Part shown: piece by piece, positions 19,467 through 28,808 of the stretch
Position numbering within the stretch: the first letter of the stretch is position 1
Layout of the letters: the number at the start of each line of letters is the position of its first letter
NCBI GenBank assembly: GCA_963662315.1
Contig: OY759353.1
Span: forward strand, 4,224,001-4,288,000
DNA length: 64,000 bases
Origin: Geopsychrobacteraceae bacterium
GTDB taxonomy: Bacteria > Desulfobacterota > Desulfuromonadia > Desulfuromonadales > Geopsychrobacteraceae
Direction of reading: 5' to 3'
Notes under the pieces: model-generated
What the model saw: only the letters and a program-made list of their open reading frames with translations
Databases searched by the model: none
What the model was told of the DNA's origin: nothing
Program-made: the position numbers and the translations under genes

Positions 19467-19604
19467 TTGAGAGGGAAAATAAAAATATTGTAATGTTCTG
19501 TTTTTGGGTGTAGTTTTACGGGGCATTGTTTTTGAAAACATTAAATGAAAAGCCGTAATTTGTGAGATTTGGGGAATCTTCAGGTTGCGGTTTTTTTGTG
19601 TGTC
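19467..19604 (+). repeat. ~130-bp non-coding element, copy 2
   Basis: Diverged copy of 16595-16724; truncates the last long-repeat unit. Confidence 0.65.
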
Positions 19605-19723
19605 AGATCTTGAGTTGATTTGTGTGTAATTGACTATATATCACGCAGAGGCAATATTCAGAAATTTGATATAACTTATTGTTATTAATTGGAAATGAAG
19701 AGTTTTTGTGAAGATCAGCCTTG

Positions 19724-19762
19724 TTATAACACGTCCAATATCACGTATATTACATGTTAGAC
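19724..19762 (+). other. attI-like cassette entry site
   Basis: ttataacacgtccaatatcacgtatattacatG|TTAGAC; GTTAGAC is complementary to R'' GTCTAAC at 20111. Confidence 0.6.
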
Positions 19763-19791
19763 ATCTATTTTAAATAGCAGAAAGTAAATTT

Positions 19792-20106
19792 ATGTATTTT
19801 GAAATGAGGACTTATACAATTCGAATTGGGATGATTAATGAATATATGTCTCTTTTTGAAAAGGTAGGGTTGCCAATCCTTGAGCGTTATTCTGAGCTTG
19901 TTGGTTACTGGTACACGGACATCGGTGAGTTAAATCAAGTAATCCATATCTGGCGTTATGAAAGCCTTGACCAAAGAACAATCCAACGCAAAAAGCTCTA
20001 CGAAGATCCGGACTGGAAATCAAAGTTTCTTCCAGATGCCATGCGTATGCTCGAAAAACAAGAGAATAAAATTATGCTTGCGGCATCATTTTCACCAATC
20101 AAATAG
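19792..20106 (+). CDS. NIPSNAP family protein (cassette)
   Basis: EMRTY, GYWYTDIGELNQVIHIWRY, FSPIK. Confidence 0.9.
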   Translation: MYFEMRTYTIRIGMINEYMSLFEKVGLPILERYSELVGYWYTDIGELNQVIHIWRYESLDQRTIQRKKLYEDPDWKSKFLPDAMRMLEKQENKIMLAASFSPIK

Positions 20107-20110
20107 GGTT

Positions 20111-20215
20111 GTCTAACCCCAGCATCAACCGGATGGAACGGAGCTATGCAAAATCCGCAAGAAGTCTACTAAATCGAAACGCATGGCCGCCACCGGTTAT
20201 GCAAAGCCGTTAACC
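20111..20215 (+). other. attC site
   Basis: GTCTAAC-cccagc-atcaaccggatgg...ccaccggttat-gcaaagcc-GTTAACC. Confidence 0.88.
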
Positions 20216-21464
20216 CACTGCTGTCTCATAGTTTTGGATAAGCGATAACTGCCTGTTGTATAACGATATTTTTTGCTTTTGTGGTAAGAACAGCTCTTTG
20301 AAATCGCGTCTTTCGAACAACTTTAGCTGCAATATTTGCAACATCTGCTGCATTGAGCGTCCGACCTTCGACTGAAATTTCAGGAATGCCAGCACCAGGT
20401 ACGCGCACAGAGCAATCCAAAATTGAGTCATCACAGCATTGCGTGAAGTTCCAAGAAAGCTCTTGATGCGCAGGTTTTTCTTGATCCATTTGAAGAACAG
20501 CTCAATCTGTCAGCGTTCTTTATACCGTTCAGCGACCGTTGCCGCCGGGATGTCCAGTGCGTTGGTCACAAATTCATAAGTGATGTCGGTCTCGACATCC
20601 AGATACACGACCCTGCGGTATGTTCCGTCGATGCCTTGCAACTGAATATGTTGATCCAGCGGCACTCCTGGACTTTTCCGGCCCCGGCGCTTTTTGCCGG
20701 GAATGGTGACCGCATTGCTTTTCAGTCTTGCAACGAAGTGGACACCTTCGTCCGTAAGCTCCTGATACCATTTGTAATCAGTGTAGCCCCGGTCGAAAAC
20801 AACATAGGAGCCCTTGGGAAAATCCAGTTGTCTGGCGACCTTGATTTCATGCTCCTTGCCTTCGGTCAGATCAACAAAGGCTGGCAAATAGCCATCCGCA
20901 TCCAGGCCGATATGGAGTTTAGCTGCTCCTTTCTCCTTGCGGTACTTTGCCCAAGGAAACAGGGAGAGCGTCAGATCAATTATCGATGCATCAAGAAGGT
21001 AAAGCTTCTCCTTGAACTTGAACCGCTTTCGCGGTGCGCAACTCTGACAACGAGCCAGTAACTGCTGAAACATGGCCTCGTACATCTGGTGAGGCTGTGT
21101 TTCGTTCGCTCTGGCTAAGGTCGCCCGTGAACGGTTTAACGCCAAGATGGTAGAGCTTGCTACCCTGGGTGGCAATATTATCAGTAATATCCCGCAGACT
21201 GCTGCGGCCTGTCCGTTGGGCTGTGAGCAGGGCCACAAACTGGGTCCACCGGGAAAACGAGCGGAATTTCTGACCGAGGTGATGCTTGTTCACCAGCGTC
21301 TGAAATTCATGTCTCGGGAAAATTCGTATAATTTGAGAAAGAACAGTGCTTTAATGCGCCATGGATCAGAACTTATTGTCTTTATTGTGTTTTTTGGCGA
21401 ATTCATTGTAACACAAACGGGTTCCGATCCTTTTATTTATCGATCAAACTATGAGACAGCAGTG
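20216..21464 (-). mobile_element. IS4-family insertion sequence (1249 bp)
   Basis: Perfect 19-bp terminal IR cactgctgtctcatagttt / aaactatgagacagcagtg. Confidence 0.9.
20226..21362 (-). pseudogene. IS4 transposase (DUF4372 + DDE), disrupted
   Basis: LDAS.IDL, KLH, FDRGY, YKER*QIELFFKWIK; early stop, frameshift near 21135 and in-frame TGA at 20510. Confidence 0.88.
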
Positions 21465-21516
21465 ATGTTAACCTCAAAACGTGCAGTCTTAAACAATATC
21501 TACCTAGGAGATTACA

Positions 21517-22500
21517 ATGAAACAACGACTTGTGAGAGTTACGCTTTTATTTGCTATTGCATTACTTTCTCTAACTGGCTGTGCTAGCCTCAATTACAAA
21601 ATTAGCAACCCTGCTACACCTGATGTCCAATATGACACAACTAACAACAAGACAGTTCTTATTAAAATTGAAGATGCCAGAACCAATAAAGAGTTTCACC
21701 AGAAAACAGCCAACTTAAAACAAGTAAATATACAATTAGAAAATGTTGAGAACCCTATTGCTTGGCTTTCTCAATCATTAAAAAATGAATTAACAGCTCG
21801 TGGCATACCTGTAACCATAGTCCAAGAAGAATCACCAGAAAAAGCTGACCTTGTGCTATTAATAAAAAAATATGAAATAGTCAGCCGTCGCGTAAGCGGT
21901 TTTTCCCCATGGATAGCTACCCATTCATTTTATGGTGAACTGCAAGTTCACGACAAGACATTCAAAATTATTTCCTTTTTCTATGGTGGAAAAGTTCCAG
22001 TGTGGTCTATGAATGAGATACTAGATCCATGTTTTAATATACCTATGTCAGTGGTCATTAAAGAAATAGCCTCGAAGATAAACCGTTATGCTCTTGGGTA
22101 TAGCATGAGCACAAGCAAGGTTGAACAATTAGCTGCTACAGCTAAACAAAGTTCTGAGCAAAAAGACCAAAATACATACATTTCGGTATTAGAACTAGGT
22201 GGGTCAAATAACTCCACGGCCATGGATACACTTATAGCTCTCTCAGAAAGTGAGGATCCCATGACCAAATCTGTTGCACTTTCCTCAATTGGTGTGCTTG
22301 GAGCTGAGGGAAATTTTAACTTCCTCAAGAATAAATATGAACAAAATGCCGACTTAGCGAAATTCATGGCACTTAAGTCAATTGGAGATATAGGCTCATC
22401 AGAATCCATATCGTTCTTAAACCAGGTCAAGCTAGGTGAAGATTACATGAACATGAACGGCATTAAACACTGTGTTGACCTGTATCTAGACAGGCCATAG
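21517..22500 (+). CDS. Lipoprotein with C-terminal HEAT-like repeats (cassette)
   Basis: LTGC lipobox; repeated ALSSIG/ALKSIG helices; cassette GTTAACC...GGTTAAC. Confidence 0.75.
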   Translation: MKQRLVRVTLLFAIALLSLTGCASLNYKISNPATPDVQYDTTNNKTVLIKIEDARTNKEFHQKTANLKQVNIQLENVENPIAWLSQSLKNELTARGIPVTIVQEESPEKADLVLLIKKYEIVSRRVSGFSPWIATHSFYGELQVHDKTFKIISFFYGGKVPVWSMNEILDPCFNIPMSVVIKEIASKINRYALGYSMSTSKVEQLAATAKQSSEQKDQNTYISVLELGGSNNSTAMDTLIALSESEDPMTKSVALSSIGVLGAEGNFNFLKNKYEQNADLAKFMALKSIGDIGSSESISFLNQVKLGEDYMNMNGIKHCVDLYLDRP

Positions 22501-22543
22501 AAATTGTAGACTTGAGATTTACCTTTCAATTTCAAACTGTTAT

Positions 22544-22583
22544 TACCCCAGTTCTTTTGTCTAACTAAAAAAGAACTGGGGTA
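22544..22583. terminator. Hairpin inside cassette downstream of lipoprotein gene
   Basis: taccccagttctttt...aaaagaactggggta 15-bp inverted repeat. Confidence 0.6.
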
Positions 22584-22608
22584 GCAAGCTAGTACGAGGA
22601 TGAACAAA

Positions 22609-22699
22609 GGTTAACAAATGCATTTACCTGGTGGCGAGAAGCGCGGCGGCATTGATGCGGCAAGTTCAATTGCGCCACTGGTGATGCAGGTCGTTCAGT
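22609..22699 (+). other. attC site
   Basis: GGTTAAC-aaatgc-atttacctggtggcg...cgccactggtgat-gcaggtc-GTTCAGT. Confidence 0.75.
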
Positions 22700-22711
22700 G
22701 TACAGGCTAAT

Positions 22712-23167
22712 ATGAAAAATATTAAAATCCATATTGTTTACTTAACTGTAATCGTTGCCCTTGTCATAGCGCTTTTTGTTACGAATATCCCAAATTTATT
22801 ACGGTGGTACTTTTATCGCGATGGCATAGTTTACATGGAAATTAAACAGGATGTTGAGATATCCAATCCAGAGACTGGCGATGTGATTGGTAAAATTTAT
22901 AGCGGAGCAGTCCTCCAGGGGCCATCAATCGAAGATTTAGACGATACCGATTTAGGAGACAATGGCCGCTGGAAAATCCTGCTGGATGCAGACGTAGTCA
23001 AAGGGGAGCATCGGAAATACATCAACTCTAGTAATAGAGAAAAGCTTAAAATCCCTTTTCGCTACGTATTGAAGAATACCGAACACTTATCAGGCCCCCG
23101 GCCGTCAAGAGTAAAGAATAGCGTCAACGCAAAAGATTCACCTTTTCGTTCTTTGACAAGCGACTGA
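22712..23167 (+). CDS. Hypothetical membrane-anchored protein (cassette), reading through into the terminal tail
   Basis: N-terminal TM; bounded by GTTCAGT and ACCGAAC (23078); last ~27 codons come from the shared tail. Confidence 0.7.
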   Translation: MKNIKIHIVYLTVIVALVIALFVTNIPNLLRWYFYRDGIVYMEIKQDVEISNPETGDVIGKIYSGAVLQGPSIEDLDDTDLGDNGRWKILLDADVVKGEHRKYINSSNREKLKIPFRYVLKNTEHLSGPRPSRVKNSVNAKDSPFRSLTSD

Positions 23168-23168
23168 T
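23082..23168. repeat. Conserved 87-bp array-terminal tail, copy 2
   Basis: Matches 6678-6764 with one mismatch. Confidence 0.8.
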
Positions 23169-23196
23169 TGAAAACGGTCTAGGACGATTGCACAGG

Positions 23197-23994
23197 TCAA
23201 TTGCCCATCAGTTGTTTAATCTTCAAGGTAATATAAAGAATTCTGTCAGATAATGTCTTTTCTCCTTCGCCCTTAAAAACATGACTCGGGCCGATGAGTG
23301 ACAGCGCAGCAATAGCGAGATTATTTTTTTTGAGGATCGGTGTTGCTAGCGAGCAAACACCATCCGTCGCTTCCTGGTCGGAAAAAGCGCATCCTTTTTT
23401 GCGGATATTGATCAGCTCGTGCTGGAGTTGATCAAATTCCAGAGCCTGGTTGTCTGCAGACTGTTCCCTGATTGCTTCCTGTAAGATAGTGTTAATTGCT
23501 TCGGGCGGCGAATAGGCAAGTAGGATACGCCCTGCTGCGGTTGGCAGCAGATCGACTTCATCGCCGATAGTGGCGACGTATACTAGCGGGGCATGACCCA
23601 TTTCACTTGCAATGCACAGGCCTTTTCCCCGATCAAGAACGTATAGTGCCGTTGATAGCCCGGTGCTCGCTGTCAACTCTCTCATGTAGAGAGACACAAG
23701 AGATCTGAAGGGGTTTGATTTATCGTAAATCTTTCCCATCGTCTGGGTCTTGGCTCCCAGACGAAAGACATTGTTGGTAAGTTCCGCCAAATATCCGGAG
23801 TGAACCAGTGTGTGGCACAGGTTCGTTGTGCGTTTTTCATTGAGGCCGATTTTTTGGCTAATCGCCTCAACTGAAAGTTCAATCGTCTTTTCGGAAAAAA
23901 AGCCGAGAATTTGCAAGGCAAAGCTGACAGAGTCGACCAGAGGTAATGATTCGGGCTGTGAATCAAACCATGGGACCGTGTTTTCTAGTGTCAT
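23197..23994 (-). CDS. IclR family regulator
   Basis: wHTH plus TAAGRILLAY and SLATPI effector domain. Confidence 0.88.
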   Translation of the reverse strand: MTLENTVPWFDSQPESLPLVDSVSFALQILGFFSEKTIELSVEAISQKIGLNEKRTTNLCHTLVHSGYLAELTNNVFRLGAKTQTMGKIYDKSNPFRSLVSLYMRELTASTGLSTALYVLDRGKGLCIASEMGHAPLVYVATIGDEVDLLPTAAGRILLAYSPPEAINTILQEAIREQSADNQALEFDQLQHELINIRKKGCAFSDQEATDGVCSLATPILKKNNLAIAALSLIGPSHVFKGEGEKTLSDRILYITLKIKQLMGN

Positions 23995-24072
23995 GATATC
24001 TTCTCATCATAGGCAACAGCACATTGACTGTGCGGTTTTCCCTCCGCGGATCATCGTGCCATGAACCAGCGA

Positions 24073-24876
24073 TCAGACCAGGCCGGATATGTGTTCAGAG
24101 GTTTTTAGTAGTTCGACAAGCAGTGCCTGTTTCTCTTTGCCGGTGAATCTTTGGCTGGGACCAATAATAGCAAGTGCAGCAGTTACCTGATCTGCATAAT
24201 TGAAAACCGGGGCTGCGATGGCGGAAATACCAACCTCTAGTTCCCACTCGTTAAAACCATAGCCGTTTTCACGAATCGAATTCAACTCTTTCTCGAAATC
24301 AATTGGTGCAGGTTGGGAGTGTTTGGCAATTATCTTGGGCTTTGATTGATCAAGAAATTTTTTCTGAAAGTCAGCAGGGGCATAGGCCAGTAAAACTTTG
24401 CCGGCAGCTGTGGCTGGTAGTTCCATGGTGTCCCCTTCGTTAATAGTAAAAACCAGTCGGGCTTCACTGACCTTACGGGCGATGCATATGCAATTACTCT
24501 GATGCAATGTAAATAAAGCGGTTGATTCCCCGGTATTACGACTTAGTTCATGCATGTAGTTTGACGCGACGGACTTTAAAGAATTGGTTTGTTCATAGGT
24601 TTTTCCCAAACTGAGCAGCTTTGGTCCCAGGCGGTAATTGGTCCATGATGAGCGCACCAGATAGCCTGATTCCAGCAGGGTTGCGCAGAGGCGATGAACT
24701 CTGCTTTTGTAAAGGCCTGTTTTGCTGCACAATTCCTTGAGGGATAGATCTGCCTCCTGCCGGTTAAAGCAATCCAGAATTTCAAGCGCTTTAATGACTG
24801 ATTCTACCGTAGGGTAATTGGTTGTCTTTGCGGTTGTCGTTCCCGGTACAATATCCTTGTAAGCAGCTTTCTGCAT
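24073..24876 (-). CDS. IclR family regulator
   Basis: SVIKALEIL, TGLYKSRVHRL, TAAGKVLLAY, AIAAPVF. Confidence 0.92.
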   Translation of the reverse strand: MQKAAYKDIVPGTTTAKTTNYPTVESVIKALEILDCFNRQEADLSLKELCSKTGLYKSRVHRLCATLLESGYLVRSSWTNYRLGPKLLSLGKTYEQTNSLKSVASNYMHELSRNTGESTALFTLHQSNCICIARKVSEARLVFTINEGDTMELPATAAGKVLLAYAPADFQKKFLDQSKPKIIAKHSQPAPIDFEKELNSIRENGYGFNEWELEVGISAIAAPVFNYADQVTAALAIIGPSQRFTGKEKQALLVELLKTSEHISGLV

Positions 24877-24931
24877 GGCCCTATCCGTATACGTTAGTGA
24901 AAAGACATCTGATTGAATATTATGCGAATAT

Positions 24932-25924
24932 TTAGTTTGAGTTTTTTACTAAGGTTTTTAAACGTTCAGGTGAGCTGAAATTGTCAAGGGCTTCCTGTAT
25001 TTGATCAAGACCAATGATGCTGGATAGTAGTGGCTTGGTATCAATAGCCCCTTGGTCGAGAAGTTCTATGCAATGAGGAATTTCATCAGTATAGATCATA
25101 GACCCTTTAATTTGCAGCTCTTTGCGGACAATTTGCTCAACAGCAATCGGGCTTGGCGTGGCAGGGACACCCAGCAGGATGATAGTGGCCTTGGGCGCTG
25201 CAAGCTGGATTGCCTGTTCCAGCCCCGAGTTCGCACCACTGGTTTCAAAAACAACATCAAAGCAGTTGTGTAGATCATTGAGGCGCTGTTGGGTGACTAT
25301 TCCTTCTTGGGCACCGAATTGGCGCGCAATGTCGAGTCTGAAATCAATCAGGTCGCAGGCGTACACATGCTGGGTGTGCTGCAGGGCCAGTTGTAATGTC
25401 AATTGGCCAATGACTCCAGCGCCAAACACCAGAACGCGATCTTCCGGATTGATGGAGGCCATCTGAACGCCGTGCGCACAAACCGCCAGAGGTTCTGCAA
25501 AAACAGCGACTGCGTCTGTCAGGGATGATGGAACCGGATAAAGAGCTTTTTCCGGAACGGCAATGTAATCGGCAAAAACGCCATTGGTATCAATCCCAAC
25601 TCGGATTTTGTGACGGCAAATATTTTTAAGACCTTTGCGGCACATGTCGCATTCGCCGCAAGAATAATTAGGATGAATGATAACCCGCTGCCCCTTCTTG
25701 AATCTGGTTACTTTAGCACCTTCTTCTTCAATAATTCCGACTGCTTCATGTCCAGGAATGATTGGAAAAGGGTTGTTGTATTTTCCTTTGAAGATGGAGT
25801 GATCTGAACCGCAAATTCCGCTTAGATTCACCGAAATAAGAACTTCTTCTGGTTTTACGGTCGGTGTTTCTGCTGTTACGGTGGTTGTGATTGAACCGGG
25901 TCTTTCAAGTACCGCTGCTCTCAT
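24932..25924 (-). CDS. Zn-dependent alcohol/polyol dehydrogenase (MDR)
   Basis: GICGSD, GHE, CGECDMC...C, GAGVIG. Confidence 0.92.
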   Translation of the reverse strand: MRAAVLERPGSITTTVTAETPTVKPEEVLISVNLSGICGSDHSIFKGKYNNPFPIIPGHEAVGIIEEEGAKVTRFKKGQRVIIHPNYSCGECDMCRKGLKNICRHKIRVGIDTNGVFADYIAVPEKALYPVPSSLTDAVAVFAEPLAVCAHGVQMASINPEDRVLVFGAGVIGQLTLQLALQHTQHVYACDLIDFRLDIARQFGAQEGIVTQQRLNDLHNCFDVVFETSGANSGLEQAIQLAAPKATIILLGVPATPSPIAVEQIVRKELQIKGSMIYTDEIPHCIELLDQGAIDTKPLLSSIIGLDQIQEALDNFSSPERLKTLVKNSN

Positions 25925-26792
25925 GACGTAATTCCCTGCTGGAACAAATTGATATCAGAAGCCTACGAATGCTAATGTGTCTGTTGTCGGAAAATGGACC
26001 TCTTTTGATAGCTGCCGGGCCGCTCAATGAGGGGACTTTTGTTGTGCCTGGCGCAGCACCCAGTACCTCTCTTTGATTTTCTGACTATTAGTGAAACATG
26101 ACTCGTTTCCAACTTTAAAACTGATCGGCCTGTCCTCTGGATTTGGGTAGGGAGAAGGGCAGCAGATCAAATAATGCTAGAACGACGTTAAGGTATTTAC
26201 TGTTAGGATATTTTAGCAAGAACTTTTTTTGTCTTTTGGTATTACGTCCTTTTTTTTGAGTTTAATCGTAAGTTTTAAAGGATAAATGTTTTTTGTTGGT
26301 AAGTGTTTATTCCGTTCTACGTTGGTTTTATTTTAATAATAATAATAAAAAGTTGAGATAATAGGATATGCTGATTTGAAAAAACCAATAAAAAGGCTTG
26401 AAGAAGCTTTATTCTTGATTGTTTAGTTCCTTTGGAAATATGGTTTTATGCTGATCTGTATTCTTTAAATAGCAGATAATACAGGATTATATCTATTTTT
26501 TCTTTGGGCTTTTGAATGCTTTCTTATCGTTGCTTTTGCTGAATTTGGATTGTTTTTTAAATTCTTGACATTTTATCCCCCCGAAAATATCCTTTTGGTA
26601 GAGTTTGGCGTCCTATTGGTAGGGATAGTGAGCTGGGCGTTTGTAACAATATTTTGGCAATTTTGATGATCGATGATTTTGCGCCCGTTTGAGAGGGTGA
26701 TTATAGGTAGAGGCATCCACTGGCACTATATTTAAGTGTTGGCGGAATTTATGTTGGTGATTTTCTGTTCCACGTTTTGAGAAGGGTTAACC

Positions 26793-27281
26793 ATGACCGA
26801 GCATGCGAAAGATGGTTCTGTAGTCTCTGATCACGAAAGGCCTAAAGGCGAATATAAGATGATGATGATTTTGTTTGTCATTGTCGTTGCGCTTTTTGTC
26901 GATTCTCTGAAGAGCGAAGGCTTTTTCCAGGGCGTTACCGCCGGGCCGGGCAGTATTCCCCAGTTGGTTGGCGGGGGCACCATTCTGATGATTTTGGGTT
27001 TGGGTATTCAGTATTTCCGCAAAGGGTACCGGGATGGGTCCTTCGCTGATCTGATGCATCATCTTTTTGATCGTGAAGTTGTTATCCTGCTGATCACTCT
27101 TGCCATCTACGGTTTTATTCTGGAGACACTTCATTTTGTCCCCTCAACGTTTATCTTTCTTGTTGCGACGATGTATCTCCTCGAGCCTAAGAAATTGTGG
27201 CTGAAAGTTCTCGTTTCGGCGGGGGTATTGGGAGTACTTTACCTGATCTTTTCCACCTTGTTTCAAGTTGTTTTGCCGTAA
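26793..27281 (+). CDS. tctB: Tripartite tricarboxylate transporter small subunit
   Basis: Multi-TM, GPGSIP, ends LFQVVLP, precedes tctA. Confidence 0.8.
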   Translation: MTEHAKDGSVVSDHERPKGEYKMMMILFVIVVALFVDSLKSEGFFQGVTAGPGSIPQLVGGGTILMILGLGIQYFRKGYRDGSFADLMHHLFDREVVILLITLAIYGFILETLHFVPSTFIFLVATMYLLEPKKLWLKVLVSAGVLGVLYLIFSTLFQVVLP

Positions 27282-27302
27282 TTCTGTCTGGAGGAAGTAA
27301 CT

Positions 27303-28808
27303 ATGTATACTGGATTGGAAGGCTTTCTTCAGCCTTTTATGAGCCTTGGATTGGTCGCCTGGATAGCTGGCGGTACCTTGGTCGGACTTTATGTTGGCGC
27401 AATCCCCGGGCTGTCTGTCACCATGGCAGTTTCTCTGCTGATCTCTTTTACTTTTTCCTGGGATGTCCTGCCTGCATTAGCAGTGATGGTCGGCATTTAT
27501 ACCGGTGGTGTCTATGGTGGAGCCCGGGCTGGGATTCTACTGAATATCCCTGGCGCTCCTGCAGCGGTCGCCTCAACCTTTGATGGCTACCCGCTGGCCA
27601 AAATGGGTATGGCTGGTCAAGCGATGGGGCTGTCGACAACCCAGGCTGTCATCGGAAATTTTTTGGGTATTGTTGTTCTTGGTCTGTGTGCTCCGCTGAT
27701 CTCCGAACTTGCTCTGGTCTTTCAGCCCCGTGATTATTTTCTGCTGGCTTTTATGGCCCTGTTTCTGGTTGGCAACCTTGCCGAGGGAAGCATGGTTAAG
27801 GCGTTGATTGCGGCATTTATCGGTATTGTTGTTGGTCTGATCGGCATGGACCCGGAAACTGGCCAGGGCCGTATGACTTTCGGCACTCTCAACCTGTTGG
27901 GGGGCATTCACTTTGTCATCGTTATGATCGGGACCTTCGGGATTTCTGAAACGCTTATGCAGCTACAGACCAAGGCCGTTGCTGTCAAACAGAATATCTC
28001 AAGGGTCACTCCTGAATGGACTGCGGTTATGGATAATATGTTCCTGACTGTACGTGCTTCTATTATTGGAGTTGTGGTTGGCGCGTTGCCGGGAACTGGT
28101 GGAGATATCGCTGCCTTGATGGCCTATGACCACGCTAAGCGGACGGAAAAGAATCCTTATCCCAAGCCTTTCGGCCAGGGCGCTTATCAGGGGTTGATTG
28201 CACCCGAGGCCGCTGCCAATGCGGCTATTGGGGGGGCTTTTGTCCCGATGATGACCCTTGGTATTCCCGGCGATTCAGTGACCGCTGTTTTGATTGGTGC
28301 TCTGATTATTCACGGTTTACGCCCTGGTCCTATGCTGATGCGTGAACAGCCCCAGTTTTTCTGGTTTGTTGTCGGAGCACTGGTCATCGCCAATGTCTTC
28401 CTCTATGTCTGGGGGATGACCGGCATTCGTGCCTTCAGCAAGATTGTTGAAGTTCCCAAGCCCTATATCATTCCGATTATCGTTGTCCTGACCTTTGTCG
28501 GTGGTTATTCGATCCAGAATAGCATTACCGACATCTACTGGATGATTGGTTTCGGTATCCTGGGCTACTTCATGAAACGCTATGACTATCCCGTTGCGCC
28601 GCTGGTTCTGGGGGTTATTCTGACGTCTATTATTGACGAGAACTTCCGGCGTGGCGTGCAGCTGGCACATGGCAAAGCCGGGGATTTCTTCCTTGGCATG
28701 CTGACGAATCCGGTTCCTCTGGTCATTCTTGCCATTATGGTCATGACAGTAATTGTTTCGAGCCCGACCCTGATGGCGCGGATTAAAGGTCTGTTCGGCA
28801 GATCTTGA
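27303..28808 (+). CDS. tctA: Tripartite tricarboxylate transporter permease
   Basis: GAIPGL, NIPGAP, DGYPLA, TLGIPGD. Confidence 0.93.
   Translation: MYTGLEGFLQPFMSLGLVAWIAGGTLVGLYVGAIPGLSVTMAVSLLISFTFSWDVLPALAVMVGIYTGGVYGGARAGILLNIPGAPAAVASTFDGYPLAKMGMAGQAMGLSTTQAVIGNFLGIVVLGLCAPLISELALVFQPRDYFLLAFMALFLVGNLAEGSMVKALIAAFIGIVVGLIGMDPETGQGRMTFGTLNLLGGIHFVIVMIGTFGISETLMQLQTKAVAVKQNISRVTPEWTAVMDNMFLTVRASIIGVVVGALPGTGGDIAALMAYDHAKRTEKNPYPKPFGQGAYQGLIAPEAAANAAIGGAFVPMMTLGIPGDSVTAVLIGALIIHGLRPGPMLMREQPQFFWFVVGALVIANVFLYVWGMTGIRAFSKIVEVPKPYIIPIIVVLTFVGGYSIQNSITDIYWMIGFGILGYFMKRYDYPVAPLVLGVILTSIIDENFRRGVQLAHGKAGDFFLGMLTNPVPLVILAIMVMTVIVSSPTLMARIKGLFGRS

Noticed and set aside
25925..26790. Riboswitch or ncRNA in the long intergenic region
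   Set aside because: No aptamer consensus recognised; AT-rich divergent promoter DNA is sufficient explanation (cmscan would be decisive)
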